From Thermodesulfobacteriota bacterium (GTDB lineage Bacteria > Desulfobacterota_D > UBA1144 > Nemesobacterales > Nemesobacteraceae), in the NCBI GenBank assembly GCA_965202785.1, contig OZ241855.1, positions 480,001 through 544,000 on the forward strand: a DNA stretch of 64,000 nt, given 5' to 3'. The position numbers were made by a program, and so were the translations under genes. The notes beneath the pieces are model-generated. The model did not search any database and had not been told where the DNA came from. It was given only the letters and a program-made list of their open reading frames with translations. Positions 27,001-36,936 of the stretch are shown one piece after another; positions within the stretch are counted from its first letter, which is position 1; every line of letters begins with the position of its first letter.

Positions 27001-30000
27001 ATGGTGGAGGAGTTTCTTGCATCCCCGCCCGGAAAACCGACTGATCTTGCGGGTCTTTACGGAAACTCGACCTATTTTCTTCTGGCGCTGCTCTCCGAGG
27101 TGCCTGACAAAAGGGTACTTCATGTCTGCGAGCAAAGAGAGCAGTGCGTCCATGCGGCGCGAAGCATCGCTTCTTTAAAAGGAACCGAAATCCCTGTTCT
27201 TCTCTCAAGAGGGATGGAGAAAACCCGCTCCCTTTTCGAGAAAACGGAAATCACAGAACCCGAAAGGCTTCACTCTGTTTTCAGATGGAAGCAAACCGGG
27301 GTGCTCTGCGCAGACGCGGCAGCACTTGCCGAGGTGCTGGCTCCGCCCCGCGCCCTCGAGGCAGAGAGCTTCACCATAGAGGAGGGAGCACGGGTCGATC
27401 GGGAGGAACTTGTGCAAAAGCTCCTTGAAATCGGTTACAGCGATGTGGATTTCACGGAAAAAAGAGGGGACATCAGCGTCCGGGGCTCTATAGTGGACCT
27501 ATTCTCCCCTGGATCGCGGAATCCCCTAAGGGTGGAGCTTTTCGCAGACCAGGTGAATTCACTCCGGGAGTTTTCTCCTGTAACTCAGAAATCCGTCGGA
27601 AAAACACAGAAAGCCCTGATCAATCCAGCCTCATTCGCCGGTTACCGCCAGACAAGTAAAGACAATCTGGTCGGACAGGTTCTCGCCGGAGCCGACAAGA
27701 AGGGACTTACCTCAAGCGAGGTGCAACCTCTTTTGGAGGCATTTGAGAACAGTTCGCACTTCAGGGGAATTGAATGGTTCACACCGTTTTTCTGGGACTC
27801 GCGGCAATGCGTGCTCGATTACCCGCAGGAGAATCTGATAGTGAGCCTCCCAATCGGGTTTGACGAGGAAGGGCTGCTATTGAGACTAGAGGAAAAATTC
27901 GAAGCGAGAAGAAAATCTCTGGGAAAACTTGAAAAATCCCTTCCCCCGTTTGAAAAGCTATACCTTGGAAAAAAAGAGCTTGCGGAAAAACTCCGGGAAT
28001 CAAGGCTCGCATACCCGGGGGCGATGGGCATAGGAGCTGAAGGAAAAAACAGCCTTAAGTTCAGCACAGAAGAGATATCGTTTTCGAAACCTTCGCTCAA
28101 GGTCTTTATTGACAAGGCGGAAGAACTCATCGAAGACGGTTACGAGGTGTTCGTATTTTTCACTTCACAGGCAGAAAAAGAAAAATTCCTCAAGCTTACG
28201 GAGAACCATCCGGACAAGGGGATGGTGCATGTAGTCGGAGAGCTTTTCGAAAGCACAGTTCTTCACGATTTCAAAATCGCCCTTCTTACGGAGAAAACTC
28301 TTGTCGAGAAAACCAAGAGCCGCGGCGCAGCCTTCGGAGGAAGTGATATGCCCTCCGCTTTTCTCACTTCGTTCAGCCAGCTCAAGCCCGGGGACTACAT
28401 AGTTCACAAGGAATTCGGAATAGGGGTCTTCAAGGGGCTAAGAAGGCTTTCCTTTGAGAGCAGCCAGGGCGATTTTCTCGAGTGCGAATACAAAGACGGG
28501 GACAAGATATTCGTGCCGGTGGAGAAATTAGCATTGGTTCAGAAATACATGGGAGCTGGAAGGGAGCCGAAGATTGAAAAGCTGGGAAGCGCAAACTGGA
28601 AAAAAACCGTCGGCAGGGTTAAAAGAGCCGTGGAGGAAGTCGCGACCGAGCTTGTGGATCTCTGCGCGGAGAGAAAAGTCGGAAAAGGCTTTCGATTCTC
28701 CCCGAGGGACCAGATGTTCAATGAGTTCGAGATGGAGTTTCCATGGAGCGAGACCCCGGATCAGTCGGCGGCCATAGAGGACGTAATGTCAGACATGGAA
28801 TCCGAAAAAGCCATGGACAGGCTTATCTGCGGAGACGTCGGGTTCGGAAAGACCGAGGTGGCCCTGCGGGCCGCTTTCAAGGCGTGCCTTGACGGAAAAC
28901 AGGTCATGGTGATCGCTCCCACCACCCTTCTCGCAAGCCAGCACTACCGAACCGCACTTTCAAGGTTCGAAAACTACCCCGTGAGCATCGGAATGCTTTC
29001 ACGATTCACAACAGGAAAAAGAGAAAAAGAAATTTTAAACAGGCTCCAGGACGGTTCCCTGGACGTCATAATTGGAACGCACAAGCTTCTCGGAAAAAGA
29101 ATAAAGCTGAAAAACCTTGGACTCGCCGTGATAGACGAGGAACAAAAGTTTGGAGTAAATCACAAAAAGTCCATAAGGTCGATGAAAAATGCCGTCGACG
29201 TACTGACGCTCTCGGCGACTCCCATCCCCAGAACCCTGCAGCTTTCCCTCGCCGACGTAAGAGACATAAGCGTGATAAACACCCCTCCCGAGGGACGGCA
29301 GCCCGTAGAGGTGTACATTCAGCAGTTCAACACCGCGACGATAAAGGAAGCCGCGGAAAAAGAGATCGCAAGAGACGGCACGGTTTTTTTCATACACAAC
29401 AGGATAGAGGACATATTCGAGAAGGCGGACCTCCTTCAAAAACTCATGCCGAAACTGTCAATAGGGGTAACGCATGGCCGAATGAACGAAACGCAGCTCT
29501 CAAGAACCATAGAAGAGTTCACCAACGGAAAAATAGACCTGCTCGTAACCACCGCGATAGTGGAATCCGGCCTCGACATACCAAAAGCCAACACGATAAT
29601 AGTGAACAACGCCCATACTATGGGCCTGGCGGATCTCTACCAGCTTAAGGGTCGTGTCGGAAGATCAGACAGAAAAGCATATGCATATTTTCTCGTACCA
29701 TACATAAACTCCCTCACTGAAGATGCCAGAAAAAGGCTCGAGGTGCTCTCTCGACTCACCGAGCTTGGAAGCGGATTCAAGCTTGCCACGGCCGATCTCC
29801 AGATAAGGGGAGCCGGCACCCTCTTCGGAGAAAAGCAGTCAGGGCACATAGCGGATATAGGACTTGAATTCTATCTCGAGCTGCTGAGGGATACGATCGA
29901 GAGCAAAAGAAGGGGCGAAGACCAAGTTCGTGAAATCAGACCGGAAATAAAAACGCGGGACGACGCGTTCATCCCCGAGCATTATATTCAAAGCGGTTCA

Positions 30001-30327
30001 GAGAGACTTTTTTACTACAAGAAAATATCATCGGCAGGCAAGCGCGGGGAAGCAAGAGAAATCGCCGGGGAAATCGAAGACAGGTTCGGCGCGATACCCG
30101 ATCCGCTGAAACGTCTCGTTCTCATCGCGGAACTGAGAATCGCGCTCGGGAAGAGACTGATAAAAAAGGCTGAAATAGGGGAGAACTCGGCGACTTTGAG
30201 TCTTGCGGACGGAAAAACCCGCGGGCGGGAGAGGAAACTCAGCATTCCCCTTCCACCCGAGGACAGGTACGAGGCGCTGATAAGCGCGGTGGAAAAGGTG
30301 GAAAAACCGGCCCAAGCCCATGTATAG
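27001..30327 (+). CDS. mfd: Transcription-repair coupling factor (start uncertain, about 26950-27001)
   Basis: RGSIVDLF, CarD/RID region, GDVGFGKTEVA, DEEQKFG, QLKGRVGRS, TRCF tail. Confidence 0.95.
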   Translation: MVEEFLASPPGKPTDLAGLYGNSTYFLLALLSEVPDKRVLHVCEQREQCVHAARSIASLKGTEIPVLLSRGMEKTRSLFEKTEITEPERLHSVFRWKQTGVLCADAAALAEVLAPPRALEAESFTIEEGARVDREELVQKLLEIGYSDVDFTEKRGDISVRGSIVDLFSPGSRNPLRVELFADQVNSLREFSPVTQKSVGKTQKALINPASFAGYRQTSKDNLVGQVLAGADKKGLTSSEVQPLLEAFENSSHFRGIEWFTPFFWDSRQCVLDYPQENLIVSLPIGFDEEGLLLRLEEKFEARRKSLGKLEKSLPPFEKLYLGKKELAEKLRESRLAYPGAMGIGAEGKNSLKFSTEEISFSKPSLKVFIDKAEELIEDGYEVFVFFTSQAEKEKFLKLTENHPDKGMVHVVGELFESTVLHDFKIALLTEKTLVEKTKSRGAAFGGSDMPSAFLTSFSQLKPGDYIVHKEFGIGVFKGLRRLSFESSQGDFLECEYKDGDKIFVPVEKLALVQKYMGAGREPKIEKLGSANWKKTVGRVKRAVEEVATELVDLCAERKVGKGFRFSPRDQMFNEFEMEFPWSETPDQSAAIEDVMSDMESEKAMDRLICGDVGFGKTEVALRAAFKACLDGKQVMVIAPTTLLASQHYRTALSRFENYPVSIGMLSRFTTGKREKEILNRLQDGSLDVIIGTHKLLGKRIKLKNLGLAVIDEEQKFGVNHKKSIRSMKNAVDVLTLSATPIPRTLQLSLADVRDISVINTPPEGRQPVEVYIQQFNTATIKEAAEKEIARDGTVFFIHNRIEDIFEKADLLQKLMPKLSIGVTHGRMNETQLSRTIEEFTNGKIDLLVTTAIVESGLDIPKANTIIVNNAHTMGLADLYQLKGRVGRSDRKAYAYFLVPYINSLTEDARKRLEVLSRLTELGSGFKLATADLQIRGAGTLFGEKQSGHIADIGLEFYLELLRDTIESKRRGEDQVREIRPEIKTRDDAFIPEHYIQSGSERLFYYKKISSAGKRGEAREIAGEIEDRFGAIPDPLKRLVLIAELRIALGKRLIKKAEIGENSATLSLADGKTRGRERKLSIPLPPEDRYEALISAVEKVEKPAQAHV

Positions 30328-30381
30328 TATAGTTTTGGGGCCGATTCGGCAGAGAAAAAACGGTTTGCAAGGAGACTTCAT

Positions 30382-31305
30382 ATGAAAAAACCATGGTGGT
30401 TCGCGGTTGTAGTGCTTTTTGCGGTTTTTACGGCCATCCCGGCCCAGTCGGCGGTCGTGGAGAAAGTGGTGGCCGTGGTGAACAACAGGATAATAACGCT
30501 CAGCGAACTTAATCAGGAGCTAGAGGAAGTAGTCGTAAATCCTGAGGCGGAAGTAAACATTCGTGAAGTACTCGACGCCATGATAGACCGTATCCTGCTC
30601 GATCAGCAAGCGGCCGCGAGGAAAATATCAATAAGCGACGAAGAGGTAAGAGCGATAGTAAAGAACCAGCAGGAAGCACTTAACCTCGATGAAGAAGCCA
30701 TAGCCGAGGAGCTTAAAAAGCAGAACATGACGGAGGAACTCTTCTACCGTCAGTGGAAATACCAGATACTCTCAAGAAGGCTTCTTGACTTAGTCACGCA
30801 GGGAAGCATAGCGGTAACGGACGAAGAGATAGAGGAATACCACAGAGAACACTACGAAGAAGGAGGCAGCACTTACGGAAGGCAGACTAAGATCGCTCAC
30901 ATACTGATCAACAAGGAAACGGAAAAAGCCCTCTCCAAAGCGCAAGAAGTGCTGGAACTTGCAAAATCCGGTGAGCCCTTCGGAGAACTCGCCAGAAAGT
31001 ACTCGATGGATGAATCATCGGCGCAAAGCGGCGGACTGCTGGGATACTTCGTCAAGGGAGACCTGGTTCCCGAGATTGAAAACGCCGTGGAGAAGACCGA
31101 AGTGAACGGCATCGCGGGACCGGTAGAAAGCTCCCGCGGCTACCACATAGTGAAGGTTCTTGAAAGAACCGAGGAAGGAGAATCCTCGGTCTCTAGGTAC
31201 AGAGACCGCATAAAGCATCAGCTCTACATGGAGAAGGTTGAGCGGTTCATAACCTCTTGGCTTGAGGACATTAAGAAAAACTCCTACATAGAGATAAAGA
31301 TCTGA
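30382..31305 (+). CDS. surA: SurA-like periplasmic peptidyl-prolyl isomerase (parvulin)
   Basis: Signal peptide, VVAVVNNRIITLSE, AHILI, FGELARKYS, GYHIVK; follows mfd. Confidence 0.85.
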   Translation: MKKPWWFAVVVLFAVFTAIPAQSAVVEKVVAVVNNRIITLSELNQELEEVVVNPEAEVNIREVLDAMIDRILLDQQAAARKISISDEEVRAIVKNQQEALNLDEEAIAEELKKQNMTEELFYRQWKYQILSRRLLDLVTQGSIAVTDEEIEEYHREHYEEGGSTYGRQTKIAHILINKETEKALSKAQEVLELAKSGEPFGELARKYSMDESSAQSGGLLGYFVKGDLVPEIENAVEKTEVNGIAGPVESSRGYHIVKVLERTEEGESSVSRYRDRIKHQLYMEKVERFITSWLEDIKKNSYIEIKI

Positions 31306-31317
31306 AGTTCCCCGTAC

Positions 31318-34236
31318 TTATTCCTCCACCGCGTAAGCTTCGGGGGGGAGGCATGTGCACACCAGATTCCTGTCTCCGTAGGCGTTGTCTATTCTTGATA
31401 CAGGCGGCCAGAACTTGTTGGTCCTCAGATACGGAAGCGGGAAGAACGCCTGCTGGCGGGAATAGGGATGTTCCCAGTCGGAAGATACAAGATCCAGCAC
31501 CGTGTGGGGAGAATTTGTGAGTACGTTATCAGAAGGATCCGCCCCGCCGTCGATGATATCCTGGATTTCCCCGCGTATCTTTATCATCGCATCGCAGAAC
31601 CTGTCCATTTCCTCCATGGATTCGCTCTCCGTAGGCTCCACCATCAAGGTTCCCGTAACCGGCCATGACATAGTCGGCGCATGGAATCCGTAATCCATGA
31701 GCCTTTTGGCCACGTCTTCCACGGTTATTCCCGCGCTCTTCCCAAGCTCACGCAGGTCAAGTATGAATTCATGGGCGACCCTTCCGTTTTCTCCCTCGTA
31801 GAGAATATCGTAATGCTGCCCGAGCCGGGTCTTAAGGTAATTGGCATTCAGTATCGCGTACCGCGATGCCTCGCTCATTCCGTCCCTTCCGAGAAGCCTT
31901 ATGTATCCGTAGGATATAAGCAATATGCTCGCGCTTCCCCAGGGAGCCGCGGATATCGCTCCGCATGGCTTCTCACCCCCTACCCCCTCCACAACAGCGT
32001 GTCCGGGAAGATGCGGGGCAAGGTGGGGTGCAACGCATATGGGGCCCATTCCCGGACCCCCGCCTCCATGGGGGATGCTGAAAGTCTTGTGCAGGTTTAT
32101 GTGGCATACGTCAACGCCAATTACGGAGGGAAAACAGAGGCCAACCTGCGCGTTAAGATTCGCCCCGTCCATGTACACCTGCGCGCCACTTGAGTGAATT
32201 ATTTCGCATATCTCACTTATTCCGGATTCGAACACCCCGTGAGTCGAAGGATATGTAATCATCAGGCAAGCCACTTTCCCCTCGTTTTTCTGGCAACGCT
32301 TTCGAAGGTCGTCTATGTCCACATCCCCGTTTTTCCGGCATTTTACCACCACGACGTCCATACCCGCCATGCGGGCGCTCGCGGGGTTGGTTCCGTGGGC
32401 GGAAGAGGGAATCAGCACCACGCGCCTTTCGGTTTCTCCTCTTTCTTCAAAGTACTTGCGTATGACCATAAGGCCCGCGTACTCTCCTTGGGCTCCCGAA
32501 TTAGGCTGAAGCGAGCAGGCGTAAAGCCCGGTTATTTCGCAGAGATACTTCTCAAGTTCATCGATCACCCGTGCGTATCCCGCTGCCTGATCCCGGGGCG
32601 CAAAAGGATGGATTCTCGAAAATTCCTCCCAGCTTATGGGTACCATTTCGGTCGTACCGTTTAGCTTCATGGTGCAGGAACCGAGAGGAATCATGGAATT
32701 AGCCAGGGAAAGATCCCGGCCCTCAAGGCTTTTTATATACCTGAGCATCAGGGTTTCCGAGTGATAGCGGTTAAACACGGGCTGGGCAAGAAAATCACCA
32801 TCCCTAAGAAGTTTCTCTGGCACGGACGCAATGGAGCGAGCGCGGTCCACGGCGACGGATCCCTCCTCACCGAGTTCGAGGGAGTTCGAAAAAAGCGAAA
32901 GTATCTCGGCTATATCTTCTTCGGTTACCGTTTCGTCAAGTGATATGCAGACTTTGCGGTCCGGGAGATATCTGAAATTGATCCTCCTCTTGAGGGCCTC
33001 CGCGCGAAGCGTTTCGAAGGATTCTTCCCCGCAAGGGGAAAGATCCACGAGAAGGGTGTCGAAAAACGCCCCGTTTAGCTGGACAAGCCCCATTTCCCTA
33101 AAGCCCAGATCGAGCATCTTTGCAAGCGTGTTTATCCTCCCGGAAATGCGCCGCAGCCCGGCTGGACCGTGGTAAACCGCATACATCGAGGACATTATGG
33201 CGAGCAGGGACTGCGCGGTGCATATATTGGAAGTAGCCCTCTCTCTCCTTATGTGCTGTTCCCTGGTCTGAAGTGCCATCCTGTAGGCGGGGTTCTTGTC
33301 CCTGTCTAAAGACACCCCAATTATTCTCCCTGGGACCTGTCTTCTGAACTCGTCTCTCGTAGCGAAATATCCGGCATGGGGACCGCCGTAGCCGACCGGG
33401 ACCCCGAATCTCTGCGAAGTTCCCACGACGGCGTCGGCTCCGAAGCGCCCGGGAGGGGTAAGCAGCACGAGGCTCATCAGATCGGCCGCGACCGCAACCA
33501 TGATGCCGTGGCCGTGGGCGCTTTTGACGAATTCCGAGTAATCCCTCACTTCCCCGAATACGTCCGGATACTGCACAAGCGCACCGAAAAAACTTCCGTC
33601 AAGCGAAACCTTCTCTTCATCTCCCTCCACGATCTTTATTCCCAGGGGCTCGGCCCGGGTCTTCAGGAGATCGATGGTCTGGGGAAAACATCTTCGGGAA
33701 ACGAAAAACCCGTCGGAGTCCGCCTTCTCCCGCTTCGCGCCGCTTAGCCTGTGAAACATGGCCATGGCCTCAGCGGCCGCCGTTGCTTCATCGAGCAGCG
33801 AGGCGTTTGAAAGCCCCATCTCCGTAAGCTCCGAAATCACCGTCTGGAAGTTAAGGAGGGCTTCCAGGCGTCCCTGCGATATTTCCGCCTGGTAAGGAGT
33901 GTACTGAGTGTACCAGCTTGGATTCTCGAGAATATTTCTTAATATGACTGCAGGGACCACGCAGTCGTAGTAACCCAGACCTATGTACGACCTGAATACA
34001 GTGTTCTCGCGCGCGATACCCTTTATATGGTCAAGATAGGAGCTTTCGGTCATGGCAGCGGGAACGGCCATTTCGGTCTCTGAAAGCAGGTCGGCCGGTA
34101 TGGTTTCCCGAACCAGTTCCTCAAGACTTCCCGCACCAGTGCACGAAAGCATCTGGAGTGTTTCCTCGGGCGCGGGACCTATATGTCTCGCCGAGAAAAA
34201 ATCCTCTTGTTCATAAATGCCGTTTTCGTTTCGCAA
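31318..34236 (-). CDS. gcvP: Glycine dehydrogenase (aminomethyl-transferring), single-chain P protein
   Basis: YTPYQAEISQGRLE, TSNICTAQ, LHKTFSIPHGGGGPG. Confidence 0.97.
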   Translation of the reverse strand: MRNENGIYEQEDFFSARHIGPAPEETLQMLSCTGAGSLEELVRETIPADLLSETEMAVPAAMTESSYLDHIKGIARENTVFRSYIGLGYYDCVVPAVILRNILENPSWYTQYTPYQAEISQGRLEALLNFQTVISELTEMGLSNASLLDEATAAAEAMAMFHRLSGAKREKADSDGFFVSRRCFPQTIDLLKTRAEPLGIKIVEGDEEKVSLDGSFFGALVQYPDVFGEVRDYSEFVKSAHGHGIMVAVAADLMSLVLLTPPGRFGADAVVGTSQRFGVPVGYGGPHAGYFATRDEFRRQVPGRIIGVSLDRDKNPAYRMALQTREQHIRRERATSNICTAQSLLAIMSSMYAVYHGPAGLRRISGRINTLAKMLDLGFREMGLVQLNGAFFDTLLVDLSPCGEESFETLRAEALKRRINFRYLPDRKVCISLDETVTEEDIAEILSLFSNSLELGEEGSVAVDRARSIASVPEKLLRDGDFLAQPVFNRYHSETLMLRYIKSLEGRDLSLANSMIPLGSCTMKLNGTTEMVPISWEEFSRIHPFAPRDQAAGYARVIDELEKYLCEITGLYACSLQPNSGAQGEYAGLMVIRKYFEERGETERRVVLIPSSAHGTNPASARMAGMDVVVVKCRKNGDVDIDDLRKRCQKNEGKVACLMITYPSTHGVFESGISEICEIIHSSGAQVYMDGANLNAQVGLCFPSVIGVDVCHINLHKTFSIPHGGGGPGMGPICVAPHLAPHLPGHAVVEGVGGEKPCGAISAAPWGSASILLISYGYIRLLGRDGMSEASRYAILNANYLKTRLGQHYDILYEGENGRVAHEFILDLRELGKSAGITVEDVAKRLMDYGFHAPTMSWPVTGTLMVEPTESESMEEMDRFCDAMIKIRGEIQDIIDGGADPSDNVLTNSPHTVLDLVSSDWEHPYSRQQAFFPLPYLRTNKFWPPVSRIDNAYGDRNLVCTCLPPEAYAVEE

Positions 34237-34296
34237 TCACAACTCTCCCCAAAGAATCAAGTGGAACTCCCCGCCCCATCCATACACCGAGGCACA

Positions 34297-34695
34297 TCAG
34301 GCATCTTCCTCGTCTTCTATCAGTTCTTCGTAACCGGAAGGATCAAGAAGAGCCTCGACTTCGCTTTGGTCAAGCTCATCGGTATGGATCTTTACGATCC
34401 ATCCGTCACCGTAAGGATCAGCGTTTACAAGTTCCGGGGAATCCACGAGAAGATCGTTCACCTCGGCAATTTCCCCCGAGACCGGGGCGAAAAGCTCAGA
34501 AACCGCCTTTGTCGACTCCGCCGCACCGAAGGAGTCTCCCTGAACAAGTTCAGCCCCTTCAACCGGCAGTTCAACAAAAACTATCTCCCCCAGGGCTTCC
34601 TGTGCGTAATCTGTTATTCCGATCACGGCCCTGTCCTCTTCAAATCTCACCCACTCATGCTCCTCAGTATATTTCAAGTTTTTCGGTACACTCAT
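34297..34695 (-). CDS. gcvH: Glycine cleavage system H protein
   Basis: HEWVR, GITDYAQ, ESTKA lipoyl Lys, DPYGDGW. Confidence 0.96.
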   Translation of the reverse strand: MSVPKNLKYTEEHEWVRFEEDRAVIGITDYAQEALGEIVFVELPVEGAELVQGDSFGAAESTKAVSELFAPVSGEIAEVNDLLVDSPELVNADPYGDGWIVKIHTDELDQSEVEALLDPSGYEELIEDEEDA

Positions 34696-34723
34696 AACCT
34701 AAATGCTCCTTTATGTTCGTTGA

Positions 34724-35818
34724 TTAAGACATACCGTCCTTATGAAGCGGAAATTCAGAAGAAACCGCCTTTCTCACATCTCTGCGGATCTCGATCCCTA
34801 TCTCATCTCCGTACTTAACTTCACCCGAGGCAACCGAAGCAATGCCCACACCAATATCAAGAACCGGTGACATGGTGCCGCTTGTAACCTCTCCTATCTT
34901 TTTTCCGTTTTTCATTACCCCGTAGCCGTGTCTGGGAACCCCCTTATCAAGCATCTTAAAACCGATGGTTTCTCTGGGCGTTCCGCTCTCCACCTGCTCC
35001 AGGAGTATGTCTCTGCCTATAAAATCGCCTTTGTCCATCTTCACGTATCTATTAAGACCAGCCTCGACCGGAGTCGTTTTCTCATCCAGTTCGTTTCCGT
35101 AAAGAGGATATCCGGCTTCTATCCTAAGCGTGTCGCGCGCTCCCAGACCGCAAAGAGCAATCCCGAATTCGCTTCCGCTTTCAAAAAGCTTCTCCCAGAT
35201 CCAGACCGCGTCTCCCCCGGGCACGAACAGTTCAAAGCCGTCTTCACCCGTGTAACCCGTCCTGGCCGCTATAACTCCCGCCGCATTACCCTCAAGAAGC
35301 CTGAAAGAGAACCTCGGGAAATCCCGCACGCTCTCTTCGCCAAGCGCCTTTTCCATTACGGATACGGAACAGGGCCCCTGAACGGCGATCTGCGCGTAGG
35401 CCAGGCTCGCATCGGTTACCTCAACGTCAAACCCCTCGCAGTTATCGACGACCCAGCGGTAGACCTTCTCGGTGTTGGACGCGTTTACGCACACAAGGAA
35501 ATGCTCGGCCGAGAACCTGTAGGTTATAAGGTCGTCAATCGCCCCGCCGTCAGGGTAGCAGAAAAGACCGTAGCGGGCCCGGCCGTCGCGAAGCCCCGCC
35601 ATGTCGTTAGTGTTAAGCTTCTGGCAGAAGGCTTCAGCCTGAGGCCCGGTGATCTCTATTTCTCCCATGTGGCTTACGTCGAAAAGACCGCAGGCGGTCC
35701 TGACAGCCATGTGTTCCTGCCTTATACCGTCGAACTGAAGAGGAAGCTTCCACCCGGCAAAATCGATCATCCTCGCCCCGAAACTCTTGTGTGTTTCGTA
35801 TAAAGGGGTGTAAGTCAT
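34724..35818 (-). CDS. gcvT: Glycine cleavage system aminomethyltransferase T
   Basis: TPLY, FDVSHMGE, RTGYTGEDGFE, GLGARDTLR. Confidence 0.96.
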   Translation of the reverse strand: MTYTPLYETHKSFGARMIDFAGWKLPLQFDGIRQEHMAVRTACGLFDVSHMGEIEITGPQAEAFCQKLNTNDMAGLRDGRARYGLFCYPDGGAIDDLITYRFSAEHFLVCVNASNTEKVYRWVVDNCEGFDVEVTDASLAYAQIAVQGPCSVSVMEKALGEESVRDFPRFSFRLLEGNAAGVIAARTGYTGEDGFELFVPGGDAVWIWEKLFESGSEFGIALCGLGARDTLRIEAGYPLYGNELDEKTTPVEAGLNRYVKMDKGDFIGRDILLEQVESGTPRETIGFKMLDKGVPRHGYGVMKNGKKIGEVTSGTMSPVLDIGVGIASVASGEVKYGDEIGIEIRRDVRKAVSSEFPLHKDGMS

Positions 35819-36028
35819 ATACTAGATTAAACATCCAAAAAAGTGGACTGTCAAAACAATCTCAAGGTACAATTATATCACTTGTTCGGGGATGCCCCAA
35901 TTCCCGAAGCTGCCAATCCGATTGAGAGGATAATAGAGGTGGAAGTTTTCCCATATGGACAGACTATCGTCAATGCTGCTTTGGCAGGCCGTATGCCGGG
36001 CGTGCGGAAGCCGGAAACTGAACGCAAG

Positions 36029-36772
36029 ATGAATTATCCCAGAACAACTGTCTACGCAATATGCCTCTGCTTGGTTGTCTTGTTATCGTCGGCGCCGGCA
36101 GTAGCGCAGACTTGGAATGCGTTCAATGCCCAGTTGCTCTATGGTACGGGCTTCGAACTGGAGCGCGAGAAAGCGGGAACCCTCACTCTGGAATGGATTA
36201 ACGGCTGGGCCTATGGTGATAACTTTGCCTTTATGGATATCCGGCCATTGAGAGGTAACAGTTCATTCTACGGGGAGTGGTCACCCCGTCTGAGCTTCTC
36301 CAAAATAAGCGGCAAATCTTTTTCCGCGGGGCCGGTGGAAGACGTGCTTCTGTCCGGCACTCTGGAGAAGGGAGAAGGCTTTGCCAATTATCTAGTTGGC
36401 GGCGCGGTGGATCTTGATGTGCCCGGGTTTAATCTCGTCCAGACAAACGGCTATTTAAGGCAGAATCCGGACCTTCCCGGAACAACTTGGCAGGTGACAG
36501 TGGTTTGGAATGCGACCTTCGAAACGGGGCCGGCGCACTGGATTTTTCATGGCTTTTTCGACTGGGCCGGCTCAGAGGGTGAAGCCGGAACATCCGCTTA
36601 TCAGAAACAAAATTTTCTTGCTCAGCCTCAGCTCCTGCTGGATGTGGGGCGTCTGGTGAACCAGCAGAAGCGGGTATATGTCGGTATTGAGTGGTGGTAT
36701 TGGCACAACAAGTTTGGCATTTCAGGGGTCGAGGATTCGGCTGTTCAGGCAATGATAAAGGTGGATTTATAA
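36029..36772 (+). CDS. Tsx-like (nucleoside-specific) outer-membrane beta-barrel channel
   Basis: Signal peptide from ATG 36029; TLE...WAYGDNFAFMD, YGEWSPRLS, QPQLLLD, GIEWWYWHNKFG. Confidence 0.75.
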   Translation: MNYPRTTVYAICLCLVVLLSSAPAVAQTWNAFNAQLLYGTGFELEREKAGTLTLEWINGWAYGDNFAFMDIRPLRGNSSFYGEWSPRLSFSKISGKSFSAGPVEDVLLSGTLEKGEGFANYLVGGAVDLDVPGFNLVQTNGYLRQNPDLPGTTWQVTVVWNATFETGPAHWIFHGFFDWAGSEGEAGTSAYQKQNFLAQPQLLLDVGRLVNQQKRVYVGIEWWYWHNKFGISGVEDSAVQAMIKVDL

Positions 36773-36936
36773 CTGATCCCCATTGCCAACCACAGCAGGA
36801 AGATCGTCGGCTGCGGGCACATCCGCGGAAATCAGGCGCGCGGGGCTTTGCCCGCGGTGTCTTTTTCATTATAATCGATAGTTGATCGCAGGTTCGCCGT
36901 TTGGTTCTGCGGTTCCACACAACCCCGGAATAAGAC

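Noticed and set aside
34928-35803. 291-aa ORF antisense to gcvT, and similar long antisense ORFs over nuoL, gcvH, thrS and the S41 protease
   Set aside because: Codon-bias shadows of real genes on the opposite strand.
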